DNA from: an uncultured Actinomycetes bacterium
GTDB taxonomy: Bacteria; Actinomycetota; Thermoleophilia; UBA2241
Direction: 5' to 3'
DNA: 64,000 nt
NCBI GenBank assembly: GCA_963767005.1
Contig: CAVYCN010000002.1
Coordinates: forward strand, 14,272-78,271
Shown: positions 19,597-29,273 of the stretch, one piece after another
Layout: each line of letters opens with the position of its first letter
Numbering within the stretch: position 1 is the first letter of the stretch
Position numbers and translations under genes: made by a program
The notes under the pieces: model-generated
Database searches by the model: none
What the model was told of the DNA's origin: nothing
Seen by the model: only the letters and a program-made list of their open reading frames with translations

Positions 19597-20897
19597 GTCG
19601 TCGCGACCCCGCCGCCGGCCGCGGCCGGACCGGCGCCGGCCGGCGGCGCGGGCGGCGCGCCCGGCACGTCGCTGCCGAAGGCCGCGGCGCTCGCCGCCCG
19701 CCCGGCCGGTGCCAGGTCGCGCCGGAAGCGCAGCACCGAGAGGCCGAAGATAGCCAGGCCGAGCACGGCCAGCATGAGCAGCGGGAACCAGAGCGCGCTC
19801 GCCGGTTCGCCGCGCACCATGACGCCGCGGGCGATCTTCACGAAGTAGGTGAGCGGCAGCACGTAGGGGATCCAGCGCACGCCGGCGGCCATCGCGTAGA
19901 TGGGAAAGAAGAGGCCCGACAGCAGGATCTGCGGCAGGAGCGTCATCATGGCGAGCTGGATCGCCTGCCCCTGCGTCTGCGAGATGGTCGAGATCAGCAC
20001 GCCGACCCCGAGGGTGACGAACAGGAAGAGCGCCGCGCCCAGCGCGAAGGTGAGCACCGAGCCGCGGAACGGCACGCCGAACAGCGCCATGCCGACGAGC
20101 ACGATCACGACCATGTCGATGGCCGCGATCACGAGGTAGGGCGCGATCTTGCCGACGAACACCTGCCAGGCCTTGAAGGGCATCACGGCGAGCTGCTCGA
20201 GGGTGCCGGCCTGGCGCTCGCGGACCACGCCGAGGGCGGTCGCGACGGTGCCGACGAAGACGAGGATGATGCCGCAGAGGCCCGGGATCATGATGACCGA
20301 CGTCTTGAGCTCGGGGTTGAAGAGCACCTGGGGTGTCGGGAGCGTCACACCGCCGGCCGTCGTGCCGCTCACCGGCGTGCCGGCGGCCGTGCCTCCCACG
20401 ACGCCGACGATGCCCGTGCTCCCCGACTCCGTGCCGCCGATCTTCGTGGCCTGGCCGCTCAGTGCGGCGGCGCTCGAAGCCTTCAGCTCGGTGAAGGCCG
20501 ACACGGCGGCGCGCGCCGCGAACAGCTCGGTGCCGTCGATCAGGATGGCCGCTCGCCCGGTGGCGGATGCGGGCGTGACGATGGCGACGGTCGCGGTGCC
20601 GTCGCGCAGCGCCGCGCGCGCCTGCGCGAGGCCATCGCCCGGGCGCACCGCCAGCACGTCGAGCTGGCCCGGCAGGTGGGCGGCGACCGGCACGGCCAGC
20701 GGTCCGACGACGACGGTCGGCACGTTCTTCACGTCGAAACTCGCCGCGTAGCCGAACACGACGAGGAACAGGACGGGCAGCATGAACAGCAGGGCGACGG
20801 TGCGGCGGTCGCGGCGTAGCTGGCGGAACTCCTTGACGACGATCGCCCACACGGCCGGCCTCCAATTCCGCCGTCCTGACCGCCGCCGCGGCCGCAC
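19593..20897 (-). CDS. ABC-2 type transporter permease
   Basis: 434 aa; N-terminal TM, large extracytoplasmic loop, then 5 TM ABC-2 module. Confidence 0.75.
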   Translation of the reverse strand: MRPRRRSGRRNWRPAVWAIVVKEFRQLRRDRRTVALLFMLPVLFLVVFGYAASFDVKNVPTVVVGPLAVPVAAHLPGQLDVLAVRPGDGLAQARAALRDGTATVAIVTPASATGRAAILIDGTELFAARAAVSAFTELKASSAAALSGQATKIGGTESGSTGIVGVVGGTAAGTPVSGTTAGGVTLPTPQVLFNPELKTSVIMIPGLCGIILVFVGTVATALGVVRERQAGTLEQLAVMPFKAWQVFVGKIAPYLVIAAIDMVVIVLVGMALFGVPFRGSVLTFALGAALFLFVTLGVGVLISTISQTQGQAIQLAMMTLLPQILLSGLFFPIYAMAAGVRWIPYVLPLTYFVKIARGVMVRGEPASALWFPLLMLAVLGLAIFGLSVLRFRRDLAPAGRAASAAAFGSDVPGAPPAPPAGAGPAAAGGGVATT

Positions 20898-20929
20898 CCG
20901 GGCCCGGTGGCGAAGAACTCAACAGTTGG

Positions 20930-20953
20930 TGAATTCTACGCATGTTGAATTCT
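20930..20953 (+). promoter_or_regulatory. AT-rich divergent promoter region with direct repeat TGAATTCT-N8-TGAATTCT (candidate operator)
   Basis: only AT-rich stretch in the region; lies between the efflux operon start and the GGDEF gene. Confidence 0.3.
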
Positions 20954-21163
20954 CTGTCAACCGTTCGCCACGGGGCTCCGACGCGCCCGCTGGGGGCCGC
21001 GGCGGCGGTGCCGCGGGACATCAAGTTCTGGCCCGCGCTTGTCGACTACCTACATAGGCGCGCGCGGGTGTGTGGGCAGACTGCTCCAGCCGGATGGACG
21101 CTGCGGATCGCGGGGCGATCGGCCGGCACTCGCGCGCGAAACGATCGACGCAGGGATGCCTTC

Positions 21164-24100
21164 ATGGCAGGGAGCAGGCACGACGAGGAGACCGCCGAGC
21201 GGTTCCTCGTCGACGTCGAGCAGGACAAGCTGCGGGCGCAGGCCCTGCTGGCGCTCGTCGATGCCGCCCCCGGGGCCGTCGACGAGCTCGGCGCCGATCG
21301 CGCCCTGCCGCACATCTGCGCCCGCCTGCTGCGCGCCATGGACTGCACGACGGCGGTGCTCTCGCTCGTCGACTTCGGGCACGACACGCTCGAGTCGGTC
21401 GCCGGCTTCGACGTGAGCGGGGTCCGCACCGCGGTGCGCGGCTCGCGCCCGCTGGCCGACGAACCCCTCGCGGCGCGCGTCATCGCCAATCGCGAGCCGC
21501 TCTTCGCCACACCCGACCCCGGCGCCGAGCAGCACCTGCGCAAGGCGCCGGCGGCACCCCTCGAGGGCGGCTGGCTCGCGCTGCCGCTCGTCGTGCACGG
21601 CGAGAGCGTCGGCATGATCGAGCTGCTCGCGGGGCGGCGTGAGCGGCGCTACACGACGGCTGAGCTCGTGCTGGCCCAGGGCGTCTGTGTGACGATCGCC
21701 CAGGCCGTGATCGACTCGCAGCTCTTCGCCGGCTTCCGGCGCGCGCCGGCCGACGCGGCCGTAGCCGGTGGCGTCGTTGCCGGCGAGGCCGGTCCGCGCG
21801 CCGCCGAGCGCACGCTGGCCGACATCGCCCGGCGCCTGGCCGAGGGTCTCGAGGTCGAGCACTGCGACGTGCTGATCCGTCAAGAGACGTCGGGGGCCGT
21901 CAAGGCCGTCGCGCGCTACCGGACCGGCGACGGCGACCGGGACAGGAGCCTCGGCGACGACCAGATCTACGGTCTCGGCGACGTGGGCGCCCGTGCCCGC
22001 GCCGCCGCCGAGCGCCGCATCGCGACGGCCCACGACGACGACCTCGAGCTGCCGGCCGACGAGCGCGCCGAGATGATCGCCCGCGGTCAGCGCGCCGTCC
22101 TGTACGTGCCCATCGTCGCCGACGACGAGGTCGTCGGCTTTCTCTGCGCGATCGAGCGGCGTCACTCGCGGCGCTTCACCAAGGCCGACGAGACCTTCGC
22201 CGCGCGCCTGGCCGACGAGGCCGGCGTCGCGGTGCAGAGCGCCCGCATCATCGACAGCCTCGACTCGCAGAACCGCGAGCAGCGCCTGCTGCTCGAGACC
22301 GGGGCGGCGATCGCGTCGGCCGGCGACCTGCGGGCGACCCTGTCGACGATCACCGAGCGCCTCGTGCAGACCCTCGGCGTGGCCTGGTCGAACGTCTACG
22401 ACTATCACGCCGACACGCAGGAGCTCGAGGTCATCGCCTACTACCAGGTGCCGAACCTGCCGGTCGACCCCGACTGGATCGGGCGGCGCTTCACGAGCAA
22501 GACGTGGCCCGACGGCCTCGCCGCCGTCGCCGCCAAGCGGCTGCAGACCCACTACTACGACTACTCGCGCCTGTCGTTCGAGGACTTCCAGTCGATGGTG
22601 GCCTGGGGCGAGAAGGCGACGCTGTCGGTCCCGCTGATCTACGGCGACGAGGTCTTCGGCGTGCTCGATGTGGCCGAGTCGCGCTACCCGCGACGCTTCA
22701 CGGCCGACGAGGTCCGCCTCGCCGAGGCGATCGGCGCGCAGGCCGCCGTGGCCCTGCACAACGCCCGCGCGATCGACGAGGCCGAGCGGCGCAACGCCGA
22801 CCTGGCGACCCTGCTCGGAGTGGCCGCCACGCTGAGCGCGGCCGACCGTGGGAGTGTGCCGTCGGCCGTCGCGCGCCACCTGCGCGAGGCCCTGGGCACG
22901 GCGACCGCCGAGGTCTACCAGTACGACGCGGCGCGGCGCGCCCTCGATCTGGTCGCCGCCGACGCCGCCGACGCGGCCGCGTCGCTCCTGCCCGAGACGT
23001 GGTCGGACCGCTACCGGCTGGCCGACGACCCCTTGCTCGGGCGCTGCATCGACGAACGTCGAGTGACGGCCGTACAGGCCGACGACCCCGGGTTGCCCGG
23101 GCCGACCGTGGCCGGTCTCGAGCGCCGCTGCGACGCCGGCGAGCTCTGGGTGCCGATGGTCTACCAGGACGAGGTCCTCGGCCTACTCACGGCCACCGAG
23201 ACGTCGGCCGGCCGGTGCTTCACAAGCGACGAGCTGGAGCTCGCCGGGGGCATCGCCGCTCAGGGCGCGGCCGCGTTGCAGAACGTGCGCGCCTACGAAC
23301 GCCTCGAACGCGAGCGCGCCGCCCTCGCCATCCTCAACCAGCGGCTGTCGGCCTTCGTCGAGCTGTCGGGCCAGATGCGCGGCCTGCTGTCTGAGGAGCG
23401 GCTGCTCGACCTGCTCGGCCGCGTGCTGCACGAGACCCTCGGCTTCAATCAGTGGGTGATCTACCTGCACGAGCCCGACCAGGAGCGCTTCGTCGTGGCC
23501 AAGTCGTTCGGCGGCACGCCCGAGATCGACGAGCACTACCAGCAGACGCCGATCCCGGCACGGGTGATCGCGGGTCTGCTCGACGGGGCGCGGACCATCT
23601 CGCAGTCGCACTTCGTCGACCACCTCCTCCACACCTGGACGGCCGAGGAGAACTACTACCTGCCCGGCGAGGAGCTCGTCGGGGAGCGGCCCGAGGGCGA
23701 GTGGAACCAGTTCGACTCGCTCTTCGTGCCGATGCTCGGCCAGAAGGGCCAGGTGATCGGCTACATCGAGGCGTACGACCCGATCGACCGCCAGCGTCCG
23801 ACCGACGAGGTCGTGCGCCTGATCGAGGTGTTCGCCAGCAAGGCGGCCAGCAACATCGAGCTGCAGCGGGCCTACGGCGAGCTCGAGCAGCAGTCGCGCA
23901 CCGACGGTCTCACCGCCCTCTACAACCACCGCTACTTCCAGGAGCGCCTGGCGTCGGAGATCGCCCGCGCGCAGCGCTTCGAGAAGCCGCTCGCCCTGCT
24001 CATGATCGACGTCGACAACTTCAAGGAGTTCAACGACGCCTTCGGCCACCCCCAGGGCGACCGTCTGCTCAAGTCGCTCGCCGACCTGCTCCTCGCCCAG

Positions 24101-24445
24101 ACCCGGGCCCAGGTCGACGTGGTGGCGCGCTACGGCGGCGAGGAGTTCGTCGTGCTGCTGCTCGAGACAGCCCCCGGCGACGCCGCCGCGGCGGCCGAAC
24201 GCCTGCAGGACCTGGTCGAGGGGCGCCGGCCGGCGGTGGCCGTCGCCGAGGCGATCCGCGAGGCGACCCAGGCGCAGATGTTCGACACCGCCGGCGGCAA
24301 GGCGGCCGGCGTCACGGTCAGCGTCGGCGTCGCCACGTTCCCCGATCACGCATCGACCGCCGACCAACTCGTCGCCAACGCCGACAAGGCGCTCTACCTG
24401 GCCAAGCGCCTGGGCAAGAACCGCACCTGCGTGTATCGTCAGTAG
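21164..24445 (+). CDS. multi-GAF domain diguanylate cyclase (GGDEF)
   Basis: about 1090 aa; at least 5 GAF-like repeats then a C-terminal GGDEF domain (RYGGEEF, LYLAKRLGKNR). Confidence 0.8.
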   Translation: MAGSRHDEETAERFLVDVEQDKLRAQALLALVDAAPGAVDELGADRALPHICARLLRAMDCTTAVLSLVDFGHDTLESVAGFDVSGVRTAVRGSRPLADEPLAARVIANREPLFATPDPGAEQHLRKAPAAPLEGGWLALPLVVHGESVGMIELLAGRRERRYTTAELVLAQGVCVTIAQAVIDSQLFAGFRRAPADAAVAGGVVAGEAGPRAAERTLADIARRLAEGLEVEHCDVLIRQETSGAVKAVARYRTGDGDRDRSLGDDQIYGLGDVGARARAAAERRIATAHDDDLELPADERAEMIARGQRAVLYVPIVADDEVVGFLCAIERRHSRRFTKADETFAARLADEAGVAVQSARIIDSLDSQNREQRLLLETGAAIASAGDLRATLSTITERLVQTLGVAWSNVYDYHADTQELEVIAYYQVPNLPVDPDWIGRRFTSKTWPDGLAAVAAKRLQTHYYDYSRLSFEDFQSMVAWGEKATLSVPLIYGDEVFGVLDVAESRYPRRFTADEVRLAEAIGAQAAVALHNARAIDEAERRNADLATLLGVAATLSAADRGSVPSAVARHLREALGTATAEVYQYDAARRALDLVAADAADAAASLLPETWSDRYRLADDPLLGRCIDERRVTAVQADDPGLPGPTVAGLERRCDAGELWVPMVYQDEVLGLLTATETSAGRCFTSDELELAGGIAAQGAAALQNVRAYERLERERAALAILNQRLSAFVELSGQMRGLLSEERLLDLLGRVLHETLGFNQWVIYLHEPDQERFVVAKSFGGTPEIDEHYQQTPIPARVIAGLLDGARTISQSHFVDHLLHTWTAEENYYLPGEELVGERPEGEWNQFDSLFVPMLGQKGQVIGYIEAYDPIDRQRPTDEVVRLIEVFASKAASNIELQRAYGELEQQSRTDGLTALYNHRYFQERLASEIARAQRFEKPLALLMIDVDNFKEFNDAFGHPQGDRLLKSLADLLLAQTRAQVDVVARYGGEEFVVLLLETAPGDAAAAAERLQDLVEGRRPAVAVAEAIREATQAQMFDTAGGKAAGVTVSVGVATFPDHASTADQLVANADKALYLAKRLGKNRTCVYRQ

Positions 24446-24455
24446 CCCGCCGGCC

Positions 24456-25256
24456 GTGGCGACCAGAGGAGCGCACGTGGAGCAGCTTGCCGTCGAGACC
24501 ATCCTCGCCGAGCTTGCCGCGCAGGGTAGCGAAGCCGATCGCGCCGGCATGGCGCGCTACGGCATCCGGGTCGACGCGGCGGTCGGTGTCTCGGTGACCG
24601 TGCTGCGTCGCTTCGCCAAGCGGCTCGGGCGCGATCACGAGCTCGCCCTGGCCCTCTGGCGCTCCGGCGTGCACGAGGCCAGGCTGCTGGCCGCCTTCGT
24701 CGACGAGCCCGCCAGGGTCGACCCGGCGCAGATGGACCGCTGGGCGGCCGAGTTCGACTCGTGGGACGTCTGCGACGAGGTCACGACCGACCTGTTCGAC
24801 CAGACCGCGTACGCCTGGGCCAAGGCGGCCGAGTGGGCGCGACGGCCCGAGGAGTTCGTCAAGCGGGCCGGCTTTGCCATGATGGCCGGCCTTGCCGTGC
24901 ACGACAGGACCGCCGCCGACGACGCCTTCAGCGCGCTCTTCCCGCTCGTCGAGCGCGGCGCGTTCGACGAGCGCAACTTCGTGAAGAAGGCCGTGAGCTG
25001 GGCGCTGCGCAACATCGGCAAGCGCGACGCGGCGCTGCACGCGGCCGCGCTTTCGTGCGCGGAGCGCATCCGCGCCGCCGCCGACGAGCGCGCCGGCGGA
25101 CCGCGCGGCGGCGACGCCGCCGCGCGCGCGGCGCGCTGGGTGGCAAACGACGTGACGCGCGAGCTGCGCTCGCCGAAGGTGCTCGCCCGGCTCGCGGGGA
25201 AGAGGGAGCGGGCGGGCAGGGGCTCGTCAGAGCCGCCGCCGCCCGCCGCCCCTTGA
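24456..25256 (+). CDS. DNA alkylation repair enzyme (AlkD/HEAT-repeat family)
   Basis: 266 aa; ...WDVCDEVTTDLF...FVKKAVSWALRNIGKR pattern of the AlkC/AlkD-like family. Confidence 0.6.
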   Translation: MATRGAHVEQLAVETILAELAAQGSEADRAGMARYGIRVDAAVGVSVTVLRRFAKRLGRDHELALALWRSGVHEARLLAAFVDEPARVDPAQMDRWAAEFDSWDVCDEVTTDLFDQTAYAWAKAAEWARRPEEFVKRAGFAMMAGLAVHDRTAADDAFSALFPLVERGAFDERNFVKKAVSWALRNIGKRDAALHAAALSCAERIRAAADERAGGPRGGDAAARAARWVANDVTRELRSPKVLARLAGKRERAGRGSSEPPPPAAP

Positions 25257-25350
25257 CCGCGGGCGTAAGCTGAGAGCTGCAACGGGAGCGGCCCCGGCTC
25301 GTGGCCGGCGCGCTCCGCGTCCGGCAGCCCCCACTGAGACGGACGGCCGC

Positions 25351-28005
25351 ATGTCCGACCAGACACCCGTGATGGTCCCGATCGAGCCGCGCTACCCGCG
25401 TCTGCTCGGCCTCATGCGCTGGTTCCAGCGCCACGCGGCGCTGACCGTCGCGGCGGCGGCGGCCCTGATGGCCGCCGTCTTCTTCTTCGACATGCACACC
25501 TCGTCGGGCTGGATCGCCGGCGGTTTCTACCTCATCCCGCTGGCGTTCATCGCGCTGACGCTGCGGCGCCGCACGATCGTCGTCGCCGGGATCGTGGCGG
25601 TGGCGCTCAGCATCCTCGTGATGGCGACCCAGCACACGTTCACGAGCCCGCAACACCTGGTCTATCTGTACCTGCTGATCGCCGCGAGCGGCGGTCTCGT
25701 GCTGCTGTCCGACCTGCTCGCCCAGCTCGACGAGGTCTCGAGCCGGGCCATGACGCGCGCCCGCCTGGCGCAGGCCGAGGCCGACGTCGTCAGCCAGTCG
25801 AGCGGGCGCCGCGAGCCGGGCGACCTCGTCGAGGGCGCGCTGCGGCGCATCGCCGCCGAGCTCGAGGCGAGCGTCGGCGTCGCCTTCTTCGTGCGCGACG
25901 GTCACTGGTGCGGCGAGGCCGCCCTGCGCCAGGGTGCGGCGCTTGCTCCGGACGCGCTGCGCTACCCGTACGACTCGCTCATGCTCCTGCGTCACGCTCT
26001 CGAGCAAGACGAGGTGCTCGCCGTGCCCGACGTGACCGCCTGGTTCGCGGAGCGCGGGCTCACGCCGGCGCCGTACGTGCGGACCCTCGAGCTCGCGAAC
26101 GTGTTGATCGTGCCGCTGCGGGCGCTCGGTGTCGCCCTCGGCGCGATGGTCTTCAGCCGGCCGCCGGACACGCCGCCCTACACCGGGGAGCTGGTGCGCT
26201 TCGCCGGCAGCGTCGGCGGCCACGTGGCCGTCGCCGTCGAGAACGCCCGCCTCGTGGCCGAGCTCGACGCCAAGCAGCGCGGCCTGTCGCTCGTCGTCGA
26301 GTCGAGCCTCGACTTCGCCGCGAGCCTCGAGCCCCGCAAGGTGATCGAGTCCGTCGTCGAACGGCTGGTCGCCCTGCTCGAGGTGAGCGCCTGCGACATC
26401 CACGTGCTCGAGGCCGAGCGCGGCGCCGTGCGCACGGTGGTGAGCTACGAGCACGGCCACTTCGAGTTCGGCGACGTGATCGGCCGGCTGTGGTCGCTCG
26501 CCGAGTACCCCGTGACCGGGCGGGTCGTCGCCGAGGGACGCCCGGTGGTGGTGCTGTCGCCCGACGATCCCGGGCTCTCGGACAGCGAGCGCCGGCTGCT
26601 GGCGCGCAACGGCAAGGTCAGCCAGCTCGACGTGCCCCTGAAGGCGCGCGACCGCGTGGTCGGCGTGGTCGAGCTGTTCGACGACAAGCCGCACGACTAC
26701 TCGCCCGAAGAGATCGAGCTCGTCGAGGCCATCTGCCAGTTCGCCGCCCTGGCCCTCGACAACGCCCACCTCTACGACTCCCAGCGCGAGATCGCCGGCC
26801 GCCTCGAGCGCCTCGCGACCCAGCTGCAGACCTTGCAGGCCGTCTCGCTCAGGCTGGCCCGCCTGCGCGACGAGCCCGCCGTGATGCGCGAGGTGCTCGA
26901 GTCGGGGGCCGACCTGCTCGCAGCCGACGTCGCCGCCTACGCGGTGCGCGACGGTGATGTGGTGGCGGTCAGGGCCTTCCACGACCGCGACGGCTTCTCG
27001 GCGCCCGACGCGGCCGCCGCCGAGAAGCTCGTCGCCGTGCTGCGCGAGGTCACGCCCGACCTCGGCGGGCTCGAGATCGGCGACGGCGTGGCCCAGCAGG
27101 CGATGGCCGATCGCGCCTTCGTGCGGGGGCGGGCGTTGATCGTGCCGGTCAGGCGACAGCGGTCCGACGCCCTCGCCGCGCTCGTCTTCGAGCGCTCCCG
27201 GGCGGACTCGTTCAGCGACGACGACGGTCGCCTCGCGACGACCATGGCGGCCCAGCTCGCGCTCACCCTGCGCAACGTGCGCGCCTTCCAGCGCGAGCAC
27301 GAGATCGCCGAGACGTTCCAGCAGGCGTTGCTCGTGCAGCCGCCGCTGCTGGCCGGGGCCGAGATCGGCGTGCGCTACCAGGCGGCGACGCGCGCGGCCC
27401 GCGTCGGCGGCGACTTCTACGACATCCTGCAGCTCGCCCCCGGCCGCGTGCTGATCGCCGTGGGCGACGTCTGCGGCCGCGGGCTGCAGGCCGCGGTCGA
27501 GACCGCCCTGCTGCGCTACACGCTGCGCGCCTACGCTCAGGAGAGCTCCCCGGGCGAGGCCCTGTCGCGGCTGAACGCGGCGCTCATCGCCCAAGACCCT
27601 GAGATGCCCTTCGCCACCATCGTCCTGGCCCTGCTCGACGTGCGCCGTCGCACGCTCGACTACGCCGTCGCCGGCCACCCGCGGCCGCTCGTGCTGGTCG
27701 GCCGCCGCCGGCTCCCCATCCCCCAGACCGGGGGGTTCCCCGTCTGCATGTTCGAGGGCGAGGCCTACCCGACCAACCGCTGCGTGCTGCCCGAGGACGC
27801 GACCCTCGTCTTCTACACCGATGGGTTGACCGAGGCCCGCCGCGCCGGCCGCATGCTCGGCGAACGGGGTCTGCGCGAGACGATACGGCGTCACCTGGGC
27901 GAGCCGGCTCAGCAGCTCGCCGAGTCGCTCCTGGGCAGGGCGGCGCGCTTTGCCGGGGGCAGCGCCGACGACGACATGGCGGTCGTGGTCGTCAAGCTGC
28001 CCTGA
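25351..28005 (+). CDS. membrane-anchored GAF-domain PP2C-type serine phosphatase (SpoIIE/RsbU family)
   Basis: 884 aa; 4 N-terminal TM helices, two or more GAF domains, C-terminal PP2C (GDFYDIL...VGDVCGRG...FYTDGLTEA). Confidence 0.75.
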   Translation: MSDQTPVMVPIEPRYPRLLGLMRWFQRHAALTVAAAAALMAAVFFFDMHTSSGWIAGGFYLIPLAFIALTLRRRTIVVAGIVAVALSILVMATQHTFTSPQHLVYLYLLIAASGGLVLLSDLLAQLDEVSSRAMTRARLAQAEADVVSQSSGRREPGDLVEGALRRIAAELEASVGVAFFVRDGHWCGEAALRQGAALAPDALRYPYDSLMLLRHALEQDEVLAVPDVTAWFAERGLTPAPYVRTLELANVLIVPLRALGVALGAMVFSRPPDTPPYTGELVRFAGSVGGHVAVAVENARLVAELDAKQRGLSLVVESSLDFAASLEPRKVIESVVERLVALLEVSACDIHVLEAERGAVRTVVSYEHGHFEFGDVIGRLWSLAEYPVTGRVVAEGRPVVVLSPDDPGLSDSERRLLARNGKVSQLDVPLKARDRVVGVVELFDDKPHDYSPEEIELVEAICQFAALALDNAHLYDSQREIAGRLERLATQLQTLQAVSLRLARLRDEPAVMREVLESGADLLAADVAAYAVRDGDVVAVRAFHDRDGFSAPDAAAAEKLVAVLREVTPDLGGLEIGDGVAQQAMADRAFVRGRALIVPVRRQRSDALAALVFERSRADSFSDDDGRLATTMAAQLALTLRNVRAFQREHEIAETFQQALLVQPPLLAGAEIGVRYQAATRAARVGGDFYDILQLAPGRVLIAVGDVCGRGLQAAVETALLRYTLRAYAQESSPGEALSRLNAALIAQDPEMPFATIVLALLDVRRRTLDYAVAGHPRPLVLVGRRRLPIPQTGGFPVCMFEGEAYPTNRCVLPEDATLVFYTDGLTEARRAGRMLGERGLRETIRRHLGEPAQQLAESLLGRAARFAGGSADDDMAVVVVKLP

Positions 28006-28008
28006 GGC

Positions 28009-29154
28009 CTACATGCCGACGGCGCCCGGCGCCGGCCGCGCGGCCCGGCCGGTCTGCACGTAGCTCACGATGCCGGTGCGGTCGACGAAGCCGATCAGGC
28101 GGCCGTCCTGGACCACCGCCAGGTAGTCCGCGTCGCTCGTGGCGAGGCGGTGGAAGGCGGCGGCGGCCGGCTCGTCGGGGCCGATCGTCTCCAGACGGGC
28201 GTGGGGTGTCATGGCATCGCGCACCTGGTCGACACCCCACGCGCTCTCGTCGGTGCGCTGCAGGTCCGACAAGCAGATCATGCCGGCCAGGACGCCGGCG
28301 CCGTCGAGCACCGGCAGGCAGCGCGCGTTGAACGGGGCGAAGTACCCGTTGACGGCCTGACGCAGGGTGACATCTTCGGGGATGCCGGTCGGCGGCACGG
28401 TCATCACCCGGCCGACCGGCACGCCGGCCAGGCTACCCTCGGCGCGGCTCTGGCGCACGGCCATCTGCGAGGCCTGCACCACGAACCAGCCGATGAAGGC
28501 CAGCCAGACGACGCTGACGTAGGCGTCGAGGCCGGTGTGGAACCCGACGAGCGAGGCCAGGCCCAGGGCGATCATGCCGTAGCCGACGGCGAGGCCGGCA
28601 CGCGCAGCCCAGCGGGTCGCTTTGACCGTGTCGCGGGTCAACCACCAGAGGCCGGCGTGCAGCACCTTGCTGCCGTCGAGCGGGAAGCCCGGCAGCATGT
28701 TGAAGACGGCGAGCGCCACGTTGATGAAGCCGAGGTACACGAGCATGGCCTCGGCCACGCTCGAGGCCGGCGCCACCCGGGCGCCGAGCACGCAGGCCAC
28801 GCCGATGACGAGACTCGAGAGCGGGCCGACGCCGGCGAGGACCGCCTCGCGTCCAGGACTCGTCGCCTCGGACTCGATGGTCGAGACGCCGCCCAGCAGC
28901 CAGAGCGTGATGCCGCGCACCTCGATGCCCTGGGCGCGGGCCACGAACGAGTGAGCGAGCTCGTGCGCGAGCACCGACGCGAAGAACAGCAGTGAGCTCA
29001 GGACGGCGACCGTCCAGAGGGTCGCCGTCGACCATGGCTCATAGCGGAACGATGTCCCCACCGTCCAGGTCACGAGCACGAAGATCAACAGCCAGCTCGG
29101 CGACACGCTGATGTCGATGCCGAACAGGCGCGCTATCTTGAAGCCGGACCCCAT
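28009..29154 (-). CDS. site-2 protease family (M50) zinc metalloprotease with tandem CBS domains
   Basis: HELAHSF and NMLPGFPLDG motifs, 6 TM, C-terminal CBS pair. Confidence 0.75.
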   Translation of the reverse strand: MGSGFKIARLFGIDISVSPSWLLIFVLVTWTVGTSFRYEPWSTATLWTVAVLSSLLFFASVLAHELAHSFVARAQGIEVRGITLWLLGGVSTIESEATSPGREAVLAGVGPLSSLVIGVACVLGARVAPASSVAEAMLVYLGFINVALAVFNMLPGFPLDGSKVLHAGLWWLTRDTVKATRWAARAGLAVGYGMIALGLASLVGFHTGLDAYVSVVWLAFIGWFVVQASQMAVRQSRAEGSLAGVPVGRVMTVPPTGIPEDVTLRQAVNGYFAPFNARCLPVLDGAGVLAGMICLSDLQRTDESAWGVDQVRDAMTPHARLETIGPDEPAAAAFHRLATSDADYLAVVQDGRLIGFVDRTGIVSYVQTGRAARPAPGAVGM

Positions 29155-29273
29155 GGTCCTCCTTGTTCGGGGCTCACCCCGGTTGTTCCCCCCGCGCCGA
29201 CCGCCCGAACGACGGCCACGGGCAGGGGCCGGGCGGCGGTGCGGGCCGGCGGCGAGCTGCGGCCGCGGGACGC

